A stretch of 64,000 nucleotides of DNA from an uncultured archaeon (GTDB taxonomy: Archaea > Asgardarchaeota > Thorarchaeia > Thorarchaeales > Thorarchaeaceae): contig CAZLEV010000011.1 of NCBI GenBank assembly GCA_964558645.1, positions 34,072 through 98,071 on the forward strand, in the 5' to 3' direction. Under the pieces are notes generated by a model that did no database searches, was not told the DNA's origin, and saw only the letters and a program-made list of their open reading frames with translations. Shown piece by piece: positions 9,831-19,982 of the stretch. The first letter of the stretch is position 1. Every line of letters begins with the position of its first letter. The position numbers and the translations under genes were made by a program.

Positions 9831-10742
9831 CTATGCACCTCCAATCATGCCAATGTTCGGGTGTTCTTCAGCACGGGCAGCATAATAGTCACCACTTAAG
9901 ATCAAGTAGACGCGAGTCAGCGCAATCACCAGTGATGGCACGAATACAAACACTGCAAACAGTCCCACAATCACGCCGTATGTTCCGATGAAAGCCATAT
10001 TCAAGAAGGGGCCCGATGTGGAGAGCGCCGCAGGAGGGAGAGAGAGGCCGACACCAAGGAGGACATAGGCTATCCAGACCCCAAAGACGCGGTCGAAGTA
10101 CACGATGCTCATGGTCACAGACTGCTTGTATGCTGTGAGTACCGGTACACCATCTATCACGGCGGGAATCATCATTGAAAGCATTCCTGCGGAGATGATT
10201 AGCCAGACTGCGCTAAAGACCGACAGACCGACAAAGGGCAGGCCTGTGACCAGACCGCCGTATACAAGTGCGATGGCAAATGCAATCATGCCAGGCGGAC
10301 CCAGCAACGTCAAGAACAGAAGCAGACCGGCAGCTGCCAGAGGGGCAAACTTGGACCGATACCATGTGAAGACGCCCTCCGCAGTGGTACCCTCACTCTC
10401 AACAATCTCACGCCCCATCCCAAAGAGTGCACCTATCGCTACGAAGAACGGACTCAGGATGGGAAGCACCATCAGAGTACCGACACCCACAGCACCGAGT
10501 GTGCCTGTAATCGTCCATTCGCTCTCAAACATTCCGACGAGGGAGGTAATGATTTCTAATCCGTTCCCAAACACGAAGAGCGGGACGAAGACAATCACTG
10601 CAATCAGTACAAGAAGTAGGCCCGATACAATAATCACACCGAGCATTCCCAAGAAGAAAGTGACTATGTTCTTCGTCGCGAAGCGGAAGCTCACCTTCAG
10701 ATCTCGGAGGATTACACCAAAATCCGTTTGCTTTTCAGACAT
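9831..10742 (-). CDS. Multi-pass membrane protein (paralog of 10815-11747)
   Basis: About 6 hydrophobic segments; shares the GxxFGMxxExVE...AExxFxxxRxKF and FDRVFG motifs with its neighbour. Confidence 0.85.
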   Translation of the reverse strand: MSEKQTDFGVILRDLKVSFRFATKNIVTFFLGMLGVIIVSGLLLVLIAVIVFVPLFVFGNGLEIITSLVGMFESEWTITGTLGAVGVGTLMVLPILSPFFVAIGALFGMGREIVESEGTTAEGVFTWYRSKFAPLAAAGLLLFLTLLGPPGMIAFAIALVYGGLVTGLPFVGLSVFSAVWLIISAGMLSMMIPAVIDGVPVLTAYKQSVTMSIVYFDRVFGVWIAYVLLGVGLSLPPAALSTSGPFLNMAFIGTYGVIVGLFAVFVFVPSLVIALTRVYLILSGDYYAARAEEHPNIGMIGGA

Positions 10743-10814
10743 CTTTATTTCACCACATAACGGGAGCAGAGGGCTCGAAGACCGGAGTCCACGAGCCTCT
10801 ACACGAACCGCGTT

Positions 10815-11747
10815 TTAGACTATTGGTATGTTAGGCTCAGCCTGCTCAGCAATCTTCCCACCAGTAAACTCTGTGTAGAGCTTGGTGATAGCGATTACTG
10901 TCATCGGCATGAGTAGTAGGAGCCATAGCAGACCAGCCGTTACCGCCCATATCCCTATGACTGCCAGAACGGGATCGATGGTAACTGGAGGAGGCGTCGG
11001 CATTGGCATCAGCGGCCCGTACAGAACACCCGCGATAATCATCGGGGCGAACGTTGCAACCGCGAGAAGAATGATTGCAGTAATCAGACCAAAGACCCGG
11101 TCAAAGCGCTCAATGGAGAGCCTGTAAGACTCCTTGATTGCCTCCTGAACGCCTCTACCTCTTGCTACTGCAGGGAAGGACATCACGAAGAGCCCGACTG
11201 TGATGTAGGTCCAGACAGAGGTCACAATGGAAACAACTGTGGCTGGGATACCAGTGATTGTACCACCCAACGCTAGTGAGACCACACCCCATATGAGCAA
11301 AGATGGAAGGATGATAATCACAGTCAGGACTACTCCAAGACCAGCAAAGCTCAGGAACTTGTGCCTGAAGTATGAGAATGCAGACTCGGCATGGGTCTTC
11401 CCGGTCTCGACAGCCTCTGTGCTCATCCCGAATACTGAGCCAACTACCACCAGAAAGAGGGAGGCAATCGGAATGAGGATGAGTGTACCAAAACCACCGA
11501 CTAACCAAGGATTGTTCATTGCCCACGTATGCATGTTGGCTCCAAGGTTGACCCAGAACGTTGGATCGACAGTGAAGGCAAGTATCACAATGGGGATTGC
11601 AAGAATAGCAAAGAGTACGCCAATCAGAACAGCCATTCCGAGGTTCGCGAGAAAGAAACTCAGCATATTGCTCTTCGCGATGCGTAGACTCTGCTTCATA
11701 TCATCGACGATTGTTCCAAATGTTGTAGACATCGTTTCATTCACCAT
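10815..11747 (-). CDS. Multi-pass membrane protein (paralog of 9831-10742)
   Basis: About 6 TM segments with the same shared motifs; ATG at 11747 lies downstream of a TATA box. Confidence 0.85.
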   Translation of the reverse strand: MVNETMSTTFGTIVDDMKQSLRIAKSNMLSFFLANLGMAVLIGVLFAILAIPIVILAFTVDPTFWVNLGANMHTWAMNNPWLVGGFGTLILIPIASLFLVVVGSVFGMSTEAVETGKTHAESAFSYFRHKFLSFAGLGVVLTVIIILPSLLIWGVVSLALGGTITGIPATVVSIVTSVWTYITVGLFVMSFPAVARGRGVQEAIKESYRLSIERFDRVFGLITAIILLAVATFAPMIIAGVLYGPLMPMPTPPPVTIDPVLAVIGIWAVTAGLLWLLLLMPMTVIAITKLYTEFTGGKIAEQAEPNIPIV

Positions 11748-11831
11748 GTATGTCAAACGTCAAGCGTTTGATGTTTGTCAAACATACCACCGCGATGTTT
11801 GCTTATAAATATTTTGACGTTTGCCAAACGT
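11746..11831 (-). promoter_or_regulatory. Promoter with a TATA box (11803-11810) flanked by three copies of the 15-bp palindrome AYGTTTGNCAAACRT
   Basis: ATGTATGTCAAACGT at 11746-11760, ATGTTTGTCAAACAT at 11771-11785, ACGTTTGCCAAACGT at 11817-11831; half site ATGTTTG at 11795. Confidence 0.75.
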
Positions 11832-12232
11832 TGTTCGATATCCACGGAAACTCCCGCCATAGACTATTCGATTCGCTTCAATCCGCTAGGTATGTTGCAC
11901 AACAACCTCTGTTCGCAGAATTCTGAAGTTGCTGCACAAAGCACATCAGGACCCGGAGATTTTGATGGGCACTTGTCAGTTCACGCTGATATGGCCCAAG
12001 TCTGCTGACTTGAAGAGGCAGACAGTCACTGACGGTTTCTCATCGAAAGCCCCGCGAAGACACCTTCTCTGAGAGCATAGATGGAGAATCGGAAGAGAAA
12101 CTATATGTTCAACAAAGCTGGTTCGTCGCTCTGTTTCATAGCGTTGCCTCTATCCGCCTCCTATCACGGCAAAGATATTTCTAGACATGAACAGCAATTC
12201 TGTCATAGTCGCAGGCCACTCCTAAACTAGAC

Positions 12233-13360
12233 CTAAATCTTGATCAAATCCCTATCGAGTGCAATGTAAAGAAGCAAGCCGGCGAAAAAACCAATAGCTA
12301 TGTTGAATGCCACAGAAAGCAGAGCTGCAAAGAGCATCACAGATACCTCTGTTTCTTCGATCTCCTTGAATGCAGTCTTTCCCAGCTCAAGCGAGGTCAA
12401 GATGAGCATTATCCCTATGATGAATGCGGGATAGGATGTGAATATGGCCAGGAGACTCTCAGAAAAGAAGAGAGCAAGAGCAATCTCCATCAGACCCTCC
12501 ATCACCAGCGCTCCGCCTGTTCTCGCTCCGAAGAGGTACTGACTTGCAAGGCCTCCAGCTCCGTGACAGAGCGGCATACCACCTGCAAAGGGAGTGGTAA
12601 CATTGATAGCACCCAGATTGGCAATCACATTTCTTGGGCTGATGTCTGTCCTGTCGGGAAACAAATCGTGGAGGAGGGCCACGGTGGCAATGACAGAGTT
12701 TGTCAGGGTAAGGAACAATTGCGCGAACCCAGCATAGATGAAACCGTAGACCATATCGTCTATCGAGAAGATATGCAGCTGAGGAAGTGAGAGGCCTATA
12801 TTGATGTCAGCGATACTCAACGACCCTGTGATCAAGGAGTAGACAAAACCAAAGAAGACAAGGAAGAGTGCAGCGGGCAAATACCTGTTGCGAAGCAACA
12901 TGAATGCCATTGTCATGAGCACCATTGAAATGAGAAGGTCCTGAGCCACAAGCTCGGCCCCAGCCAGCACCAGTGTAAAGGCCAGACCAAGCTGAATACC
13001 TCGTACTACACTGCTGGGTACTCGACGCAGAAGTGAATTGAGGCGCTGCGAGAAGGATAGCACCACCCAGATCAACCCCACTGAGAAGCCAGCTCCGAGG
13101 ACTCTATGCACGGGCCATCTCTCGGCCAGAGACACGGTGCCGATGACTTTCTGGGGTTGAACTGTGAGAGGGAGTCTATAGATGAGAGCAAGAAACACGT
13201 TAGTGAGTCCGATTCCCAACAGAAGACCAGTGGGACTGAAACCGCACAGAGTTATGTATCCGATAGTGAATGGAATCAAGGTGCCAAAGTCACCGAAACT
13301 GCCGGCAAACTCTCGGATAGAGAACTCGAAACCCCTGATCACAACCATCGGGTCAGTCAC
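12233..13360 (-). CDS. Putative molybdate/sulfate transporter (MOT1-like)
   Basis: EFAGSFGDFGT, PLTVQPQK and GGMPLCHGAGGLASQYLFGARTG motifs; multi-TM. Confidence 0.85.
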   Translation of the reverse strand: MTDPMVVIRGFEFSIREFAGSFGDFGTLIPFTIGYITLCGFSPTGLLLGIGLTNVFLALIYRLPLTVQPQKVIGTVSLAERWPVHRVLGAGFSVGLIWVVLSFSQRLNSLLRRVPSSVVRGIQLGLAFTLVLAGAELVAQDLLISMVLMTMAFMLLRNRYLPAALFLVFFGFVYSLITGSLSIADINIGLSLPQLHIFSIDDMVYGFIYAGFAQLFLTLTNSVIATVALLHDLFPDRTDISPRNVIANLGAINVTTPFAGGMPLCHGAGGLASQYLFGARTGGALVMEGLMEIALALFFSESLLAIFTSYPAFIIGIMLILTSLELGKTAFKEIEETEVSVMLFAALLSVAFNIAIGFFAGLLLYIALDRDLIKI

Positions 13361-13757
13361 CTCCTAATACTAGAGCTTCGGTGCGGGTACCACTCTTAGT
13401 ATCCCTCTCCCAATCAGCTACTCTGCTCTTCAATGTGCTTCCAGTAGTGCTGTTTCGGTGAATTCTGGCAACAAACGGTCGCTGTATTCGTTTCTTGCCG
13501 CTCATCGTCCTATCCATCTCCGAGGATGTGTGACCCCCAGATTGAGCGTCACAGAGAGCCTCGGGAATTAGAGCAGACTCTGCGGTCCTTGCCTCCACGA
13601 GCAGTATCATCGTCGTTACCTTGCAGCACTCGTACCTCACCGAGTTGGTGGTTGAGTATTGTTCGTTCCGGATATAAGAATAGCACGCACGAGAGTCGGT
13701 GATAGGTCACCGCTTTAATAGGGGAAATGTTGAGAATTGGATTGGGTCAAACAGAGT

Positions 13758-14711
13758 ATGTCGGCCATAGAAACTGATAGTCTTACCAAGTACTACAACG
13801 GGCTCCTCGCTGTTGACAACATCTCCTTTGATGTCAAGAGGGGAGAAGTGTTCGGATTCCTCGGCCCGAATGGCGCAGGAAAGACATCAACGATACGGAT
13901 GCTTGTTGGACTATCCCGACCGACTACTGGCACCGCAAGAGTGGCAGGCTACAGCATCACAGAGGATATTGTGGAGGTCAAGCGTCGTGTGGGCCTAGTG
14001 CCTGAAGTTTCGAATCTCTATGACGAGCTCTCAGTATGGGATAACCTTCTCTTCATGTCTCAGCTATATCACGTTCCCAGACACAGGCGTAACTCACGAG
14101 TAGAGGAGTCCCTCCGCTCTCTTGATCTGATGCGGAGGAAGGAGTCAAAATTCGGCAAGCTCTCTAAAGGTCTGAAGAGGCGAGTCGTGATAGCCGCGTC
14201 ATTGGTACATGAACCGGAGATTCTCTTCTTGGACGAGCCAACTGTTGGTCTGGATGTCATGAGTGCCCATTCCCTGAGGGACTACATCGAACATCTTGGA
14301 TCCCAGCATACTACCGTCTTCCTAACAACCCACTATATTGAAGAGGCAGACCGCCTGTGCGATCGTATTGCTGTTCTCGTTGAGGGACGAATTCAGGTCT
14401 TAGACACGCCCGAGAACATCAAGAAACGGTTAAGAACTCAGTCCATTATCCGATCCGAACTCTCCGCAGAGCCAAACGAGGACTTGCTCCGTGGGCTTCG
14501 GACGTTGGGTCAGCTGCAGCAAGATGGCCGATCCCTAGATATTCGAGTCGAAAAGCTCGATGCCTCACTGAGCACCTTCGTAAATCTCGTGAAGACACAC
14601 GGGTTATCTATAGAGACCTTAGAAGCAGACCGACCGTCCCTCGAAGAGGCCTTCCTGGAGATAACTGGTCTGTCGCCAGAAAGACTGAGAGAGGAAAAAG
14701 AGGGGACGTAA
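13758..14711 (+). CDS. ABC exporter ATP-binding subunit (DrrA-like)
   Basis: Walker A GPNGAGKT, signature LSKG, Walker B FLDEPT, H-loop TTHY. Confidence 0.95.
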   Translation: MSAIETDSLTKYYNGLLAVDNISFDVKRGEVFGFLGPNGAGKTSTIRMLVGLSRPTTGTARVAGYSITEDIVEVKRRVGLVPEVSNLYDELSVWDNLLFMSQLYHVPRHRRNSRVEESLRSLDLMRRKESKFGKLSKGLKRRVVIAASLVHEPEILFLDEPTVGLDVMSAHSLRDYIEHLGSQHTTVFLTTHYIEEADRLCDRIAVLVEGRIQVLDTPENIKKRLRTQSIIRSELSAEPNEDLLRGLRTLGQLQQDGRSLDIRVEKLDASLSTFVNLVKTHGLSIETLEADRPSLEEAFLEITGLSPERLREEKEGT

Positions 14712-14713
14712 GA

Positions 14714-15451
14714 ATGAAACTAAGAGATGAGCTCAGCGGGATACTCTACATCCTTTGGAAAGATCTGCGAGCGTATTATTTCAAACCTCCCAATATCAGC
14801 TGGGGAATCTTCTTCCCGCTCGTACTCACCCTCGCATTCACTCTTCGGGACCCTACAGGTCTCAACGAACTTGCTCCTGGTCTGATAGCAATGGCTGCAG
14901 TCTTCGGCACCACAAGCATGGAAGCAATTGTCATAACGTTCGAAAGGCGGCAGGGGGCCCTCGAGCGGCTGCTGCTCGCCCCTATATCTGTGAGAGCACT
15001 GCTCCTTGGGAAAATCCTCGGAGGAGCAGTCTTTGGGGGAATGATATCTGGAGTCATGATTCTTATTGCCTCAGTTGTGTTCGGCATGGAGATTACAGGC
15101 TCTCTGCTTTTCTTCGGTTCACTTGTTCTGACGCTGTTGACGCTCTCGGCTTTGGGAGCGCTGGTTGCGGTATCTGTCAAGGAGGTGTTTGAGGCACAGA
15201 CACTCTCCAACTTCTTCCGATTCCCGATGGTGTTTGTGTGCGGCGTGTTTATCCCAGTTGAAACAATGCCGCTGGCACTCCAAGTGGTTGCCTATTTGCT
15301 CCCGCTCACATACTCAGTGAATGCACTCAGACTGGCGACATCACAGGAGTTGAACACGGTGGAGCCTCTGGCGAATGTTGCAGCAATCGTTTTCTTCCTC
15401 ATCCTCTTTCTTGCCGCGTGCGAGTGGGTCCTGAAACGCAGCATGAGATAG
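14714..15451 (+). CDS. ABC-2 type permease
   Basis: 6 TM segments with ER..G.LERLLLAP and PLTY motifs; follows the ATPase gene directly. Confidence 0.92.
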   Translation: MKLRDELSGILYILWKDLRAYYFKPPNISWGIFFPLVLTLAFTLRDPTGLNELAPGLIAMAAVFGTTSMEAIVITFERRQGALERLLLAPISVRALLLGKILGGAVFGGMISGVMILIASVVFGMEITGSLLFFGSLVLTLLTLSALGALVAVSVKEVFEAQTLSNFFRFPMVFVCGVFIPVETMPLALQVVAYLLPLTYSVNALRLATSQELNTVEPLANVAAIVFFLILFLAACEWVLKRSMR

Positions 15452-15501
15452 TCACAGGAAAAATCAGCAGATTCATCACTCTATGTAGGTTTACGGCCGT
15501 G

Positions 15502-16536
15502 ATGAACATCGAAGAAGCAATCCGTGCTCTGCCAAAGGCTGAATTGCATATACATATTATAGGCTCAGTGCGGCCCACAACTCTCATTGAGCTGATGGAT
15601 AAATCTGATGAGGGGACCTCTCTTTCTGAAGACGAAGTGAGGGGGATGTTCCGGTTCACAGACTTCAGTCATTTCATAGAGGTCTACAAGACAATCATCA
15701 GATCTGTAACTGATGAGAAATACTTCGAGAGAATCGTATATGAGATGCTTGAGGACTGTGCAGCCTCTAATTGTAAGTATGTGGAAGTGAGCTTCTCTCC
15801 CATAGACCATGTCCAACAAGGTCTTGATTATTTCCAGATGATCAATGCCATCAGAACGGGGCTTCACCGTGCCGAAGCCAGATTGGATATCGACACGGAT
15901 ATCAGGATTGACCTTGTGAGGTACTCAGACTCGCAGGCTGCGATGCAAGTGCTCGACTGGGTCGAGGAAGATATGCAGGATATCGTGTCAGTTGATATTG
16001 GAGGGAGTGAGGATATGTATCCTCCGGCGCCCTATGCAGAAACCTACCGGAGAGCCAAAGAGATGGGACTGCATCTTGTGGCGCATGCAGGCGAGGCGGC
16101 TGGACCCCAGTCCATCTGGGATGCGATAAGGCTACTGAACGTCGAACGTATTGGCCATGGTGTTACTGCCCGGGAGGATCCGCGATTGATGAACGAGCTC
16201 AAGGAGAGAGGAATTGTCATTGAGGCGTGCCCAATCAGCAACCTACGTACGAAGGCAGTCGCATCGATTGCAGAGCATCCCATCAGGGACTTCTACGAGC
16301 AGGGCCTTGTGGTGACGGTCAACAGTGACGATCCCATCCTGTTTAACACAGACCTGAATAACGAGTACATTCAGCTGTTTAGGCACCTAGGATTCACAAT
16401 CGAAGAACTAACTCAGATTTCGTTCAATGCTATAGAGTCTGCATTCGTGGAAGAGGACTCGAAGGAGAGGTTACGTTCTTGGTTCGTGAGAGAATGTGTG
16501 CGGGTGTTTGACTCAGTTGACCCAGAATCAATATGA
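15502..16536 (+). CDS. add: Adenosine deaminase
   Basis: LPKAELHIHIIGS, HAGE, ERIGHG, EACPISN and NSDDP motifs. Confidence 0.93.
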   Translation: MNIEEAIRALPKAELHIHIIGSVRPTTLIELMDKSDEGTSLSEDEVRGMFRFTDFSHFIEVYKTIIRSVTDEKYFERIVYEMLEDCAASNCKYVEVSFSPIDHVQQGLDYFQMINAIRTGLHRAEARLDIDTDIRIDLVRYSDSQAAMQVLDWVEEDMQDIVSVDIGGSEDMYPPAPYAETYRRAKEMGLHLVAHAGEAAGPQSIWDAIRLLNVERIGHGVTAREDPRLMNELKERGIVIEACPISNLRTKAVASIAEHPIRDFYEQGLVVTVNSDDPILFNTDLNNEYIQLFRHLGFTIEELTQISFNAIESAFVEEDSKERLRSWFVRECVRVFDSVDPESI

Positions 16537-16543
16537 TATGCGG

Positions 16544-17158
16544 TCATCGATGTTCTTCTTGCCCGCCAGGGGGTTCCAGTTGCCCCTTCTTCCGCATAAT
16601 CGCGTACACTGTGAAACCTATGATGCCCAAACCCAGAGAGAGGAAGCCCAGTGTAAGAACTTCGCGGTATCCCCGTAGTTCGTGGCAAACAGTACCATCG
16701 GCATGCATCAGAGTCTGTGTATAGTAATTGAAGTGCACTGTGGTGTTAACACCCTGCCAATAGACGAACACGGTGATGTTCTGTGCCCTAACCCAACCCC
16801 TTGGCTCCCCTGGTGGATAGGTAATGCCCGGCAAAGCCTCGCCTAACACACCAGAATAATTCAGAATGATGTCATGTGTTGAGTTCACAACTGTGATTGA
16901 CACGATATTGTTGCACGTGTTGAAGGACGAAACTACGACACGGTCTCCCCAGATAGTCTTGTTCGCAACAGGATGATCTGAATCAACAGGGAGATGCGCA
17001 TCACCTGTCGTTCCTCAGTATCCCCACCACCAGTCTGTTGCGCCAATCCCACAGGAGATGAATCCCCTGCTCAGGAGTAGAATCAAGCATCCCGGTAAAA
17101 CTGCCAAGAAGAAAACAGTGGCCAGTGGTAACCTTCCTCCTCGTTTCAAGTTGGACAC
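16544..17158 (-). pseudogene. Membrane protein (N-terminal signal/TM and C-terminal TM) interrupted by an in-frame TGA at 17015-17017
   Basis: One frame reads GTG 17158 MSNLKRGGRLPLATVFFLAVLPGCLILLL...DWWWGY-TGA-GTTGDAHLP...NIVSITVVNST and continues into ORF 16544..16903. Confidence 0.65.
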
Positions 17159-17417
17159 ACGTAGAACAGTATGGCTATGAGAATTTATGAATGAAGCTCT
17201 CTGCCAGACACCACGATGTAACGTTCCATTATCTCAGGCATCACGATTAGTATGGTTGTTAAGGAACTCGTCACCGAGTCCAACTTATATGGGCCCGTTA
17301 TCAGTTTGAGTTAGAGATGTAGGAGAGGCAGATACCAGACACCAAACTAAGATTTAAGGGCAGAAACCTCTGAAAGGGGCCAATAGCAAACTCTTGATTC
17401 AAAGGAGGTCTCCGTCC

Positions 17418-18554
17418 ATGAATGATGTTATCTTCGAATGTGAGTTTCTTGGTCGAAACCATGGTACCATAGACGTGGACAGTGACGTCACCGAGATCAA
17501 CCTTGTCGAGATGGACATTGTCAGCATCGATCTCAGCCCAATTGTCCGCTGCCATAACCTCGAACGCCTGACGCTCTCAGAAAACCCACTTCGTGAGATT
17601 GACCTTTCACCACTTGCTCAATGCAAGAAACTCCAGGAACTCTGCCTTCGTTGGAATCAGCTTGACCAAGTAGAGTTGAAACCCCTTAGTCACCTAGACA
17701 ATATGACTGAGATTGACATCTCATCCAATGGACTCAGAAATGTTAACCTAGAACCGCTGAGAGGAAAGCATACGATTCGTGACCTGTACATCTCTGCTAA
17801 TGAGATACAGGAGATTGACTTGTCACCTCTTGTCGATTGCAGGAGCCTCCGCTATCTTGGTCTAACTCATAATCTTCTCAAGGACGTGGACCTGACAGCA
17901 TTGAGTCAGTGTCCAAACCTTCGCTATCTGGGCCTTACAAGCAACAGGATAGAGAGCATGGACTTAGGACCCCTTGAAAACTGCAGCAGACTTGAGAGAG
18001 TCGAACTAGAGCACAACGAGATTGAAGAACTTGACTTGCGCGCCTTGGATACATGTCGGAGCCTAGAGTACCTCAATCTAAAGTCAAATCGGTTGCAGAG
18101 TATTGATCTAGAACCTCTCACGCGTTCCACGCGCCTTCGGTATCTGCTGCTCTCATACAATTCACTGAAGACCATCAATCTGTCGCCCTTACAGAACTGC
18201 GAGAACTTAGAACAGTTGCTCCTCGACCATAACGAGTTGCAGCACATAGAGCTGGCCCCTCTGTGCCAGATATCCAGCCTTCGCGAGCTCCGCTTGGGAG
18301 GGAATGCGCTGACAGAGATTGATCTCTCGCCTCTCAAAGGCTTGCGAAATTTAAGAATCCTCGACCTTTCAGACAATCCACTCGAGTCAGTGAATGTAAC
18401 TCCCCTCTTCTTCTGTAGAGCACTAAGGAAGTTCAATGTCGAGAAATCAACACCGGGTCGGGCAATCCGTTTGATGGCTGATGAGAAAGAGAGGGAAAGG
18501 GAGATTCTACCGAGGGCTATCCAAGAAACAAAGGAACGAATCGAGTGGGTCTAG
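17418..18554 (+). CDS. Leucine-rich repeat protein (22-aa repeats)
   Basis: About 14 repeats of LxxLxLxxNxLxxIDLxPLxxC; GGAGG RBS upstream. Confidence 0.93.
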   Translation: MNDVIFECEFLGRNHGTIDVDSDVTEINLVEMDIVSIDLSPIVRCHNLERLTLSENPLREIDLSPLAQCKKLQELCLRWNQLDQVELKPLSHLDNMTEIDISSNGLRNVNLEPLRGKHTIRDLYISANEIQEIDLSPLVDCRSLRYLGLTHNLLKDVDLTALSQCPNLRYLGLTSNRIESMDLGPLENCSRLERVELEHNEIEELDLRALDTCRSLEYLNLKSNRLQSIDLEPLTRSTRLRYLLLSYNSLKTINLSPLQNCENLEQLLLDHNELQHIELAPLCQISSLRELRLGGNALTEIDLSPLKGLRNLRILDLSDNPLESVNVTPLFFCRALRKFNVEKSTPGRAIRLMADEKEREREILPRAIQETKERIEWV

Positions 18555-18599
18555 TACTTCTGGGCAAGCTTCAAGTGCCCTTGTGTGTAGGGGAATAAC

Positions 18600-19970
18600 A
18601 TGTCCGTGGATGTCAGTAGACTTCTACTTGAGGCCAGACAGTGCTTAGACTCGGGGCAGTATGATTCTGCCACTTCCAAGCTGGAAGAGATTCTAGCAGC
18701 GGTACCGAATTCAGCAGAAACCTATGTGGAAGCTCTGGTTCACCTTGGAGAGATTCTCTGGCAACGTGGGAAATACGACGAGGCGCGTGCCATCCTCAAG
18801 CGGGCCCAAGAAATCGGCGAAAAAGAAGGATATGTCAGTCTCAGTGCCCGGGCACAACGACTGACTGGCAATACCCTCATCGACCAGGGATTTGGGCAGC
18901 TAGCGGAGAGATCTTATAGATCAGCTCTGGAGATGTTCGAAAGCGTAGATGATGCTAGGGGAATTGCACGATGCTACAATAACCTTGGCATCATCAGTGT
19001 TGACAAGGGCAACTTCATTGATGCCTTGAGATACTACGAACAGTCTCTTGACATGCATCGAGAGCTTGGAGACGAAGTTGGAACTGGTATGTGCCTTAAC
19101 AACATCGGGGAGATCCATCGATTCAAGGGGGAATACGAGCTGGCTGAGGCGCTGTACCAAGAATCACTGATAGGTGATACGGAAAGAGGCGATCGGTACG
19201 GACAGGCCATATGCTGGGGCAATCTAGGCGCAGTGTCTTATGGCAGGAAGGAATATGCAAAGGCAGAAGAACGCGTGCAGCGGGCGGTCGAGATATTCAA
19301 CAAGCTGGATATCCGTGACCTAGTGTATGTTGAGATTCGAGGACTACTGGTAGGAATAATGGCTGCCACAAAGCGATTTGACGAGGGACAAGTCCATCTA
19401 GATGCCATCTGGGATGCTGGGGAGGTTCTGAACTCCGATGCTGCAGACATCATCTGCCACTTCTATGGTGGTTTGCTAGCACAGCGACAATGGAACTTGT
19501 CCTTTGCTCGGAAGCACTATAACAACTGTCTTGAGCTCTCAAAGAGAGCACGGTCGTTCGAATTCGTTCTCCTGTCGCTGATGCAGCTCGTTGAGATTGA
19601 GATGCTACATTACAGAGTGACAGGGGAAGGGCAGTACCTAGAGGCAATGCAGAGAACGCTACATCAGGCATTGAACCTCGCAGAAACACACAATCTTCAC
19701 GCACCTCTGGTAGAACTCATGGTCTTGAATGCCCTCTTTCATGTGGAGAGCCAGAATCCCGAGAGAGGTCTGGAATTGCTGAAAGAGGCAAAGGAGGTCT
19801 GCCATAAGATGGGATTCGAATCTAGGGAGAAGACCATTGTGAGTCTTATGGAGGACATCCACATACGTCTCGAGTCCGATGCCACAAATACGGAAACTGT
19901 AGAGGCGAAGCTCAAACGTCTTCAGGAGTATATAGAGGACTGCCAGCGAGTTGTCCTTGCCAGCAAGTAG
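18600..19970 (+). CDS. Tetratricopeptide repeat protein (long TPR_12/MalT-type repeats)
   Basis: Repeats such as ARCYNNLGII...DALRYYEQSLDMHRELGD. Confidence 0.9.
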   Translation: MSVDVSRLLLEARQCLDSGQYDSATSKLEEILAAVPNSAETYVEALVHLGEILWQRGKYDEARAILKRAQEIGEKEGYVSLSARAQRLTGNTLIDQGFGQLAERSYRSALEMFESVDDARGIARCYNNLGIISVDKGNFIDALRYYEQSLDMHRELGDEVGTGMCLNNIGEIHRFKGEYELAEALYQESLIGDTERGDRYGQAICWGNLGAVSYGRKEYAKAEERVQRAVEIFNKLDIRDLVYVEIRGLLVGIMAATKRFDEGQVHLDAIWDAGEVLNSDAADIICHFYGGLLAQRQWNLSFARKHYNNCLELSKRARSFEFVLLSLMQLVEIEMLHYRVTGEGQYLEAMQRTLHQALNLAETHNLHAPLVELMVLNALFHVESQNPERGLELLKEAKEVCHKMGFESREKTIVSLMEDIHIRLESDATNTETVEAKLKRLQEYIEDCQRVVLASK

Positions 19971-19982
19971 ATTTCTTCTTCA

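Noticed and set aside
10768-10800. Hairpin superficially similar to an archaeal SECIS (GAA...A bulge)
   Set aside because: The GAA pattern is on the non-transcribed strand and the flanking genes have no in-frame UGA.
11832-12230. 400-bp spacer with short ORFs
   Set aside because: No convincing reading frame, repeat or RNA motif found.
13353-13640. 95-aa ORF overlapping the start of the transporter gene
   Set aside because: No recognisable motif and atypical composition; it cannot be supported as a gene, though it is not excluded.
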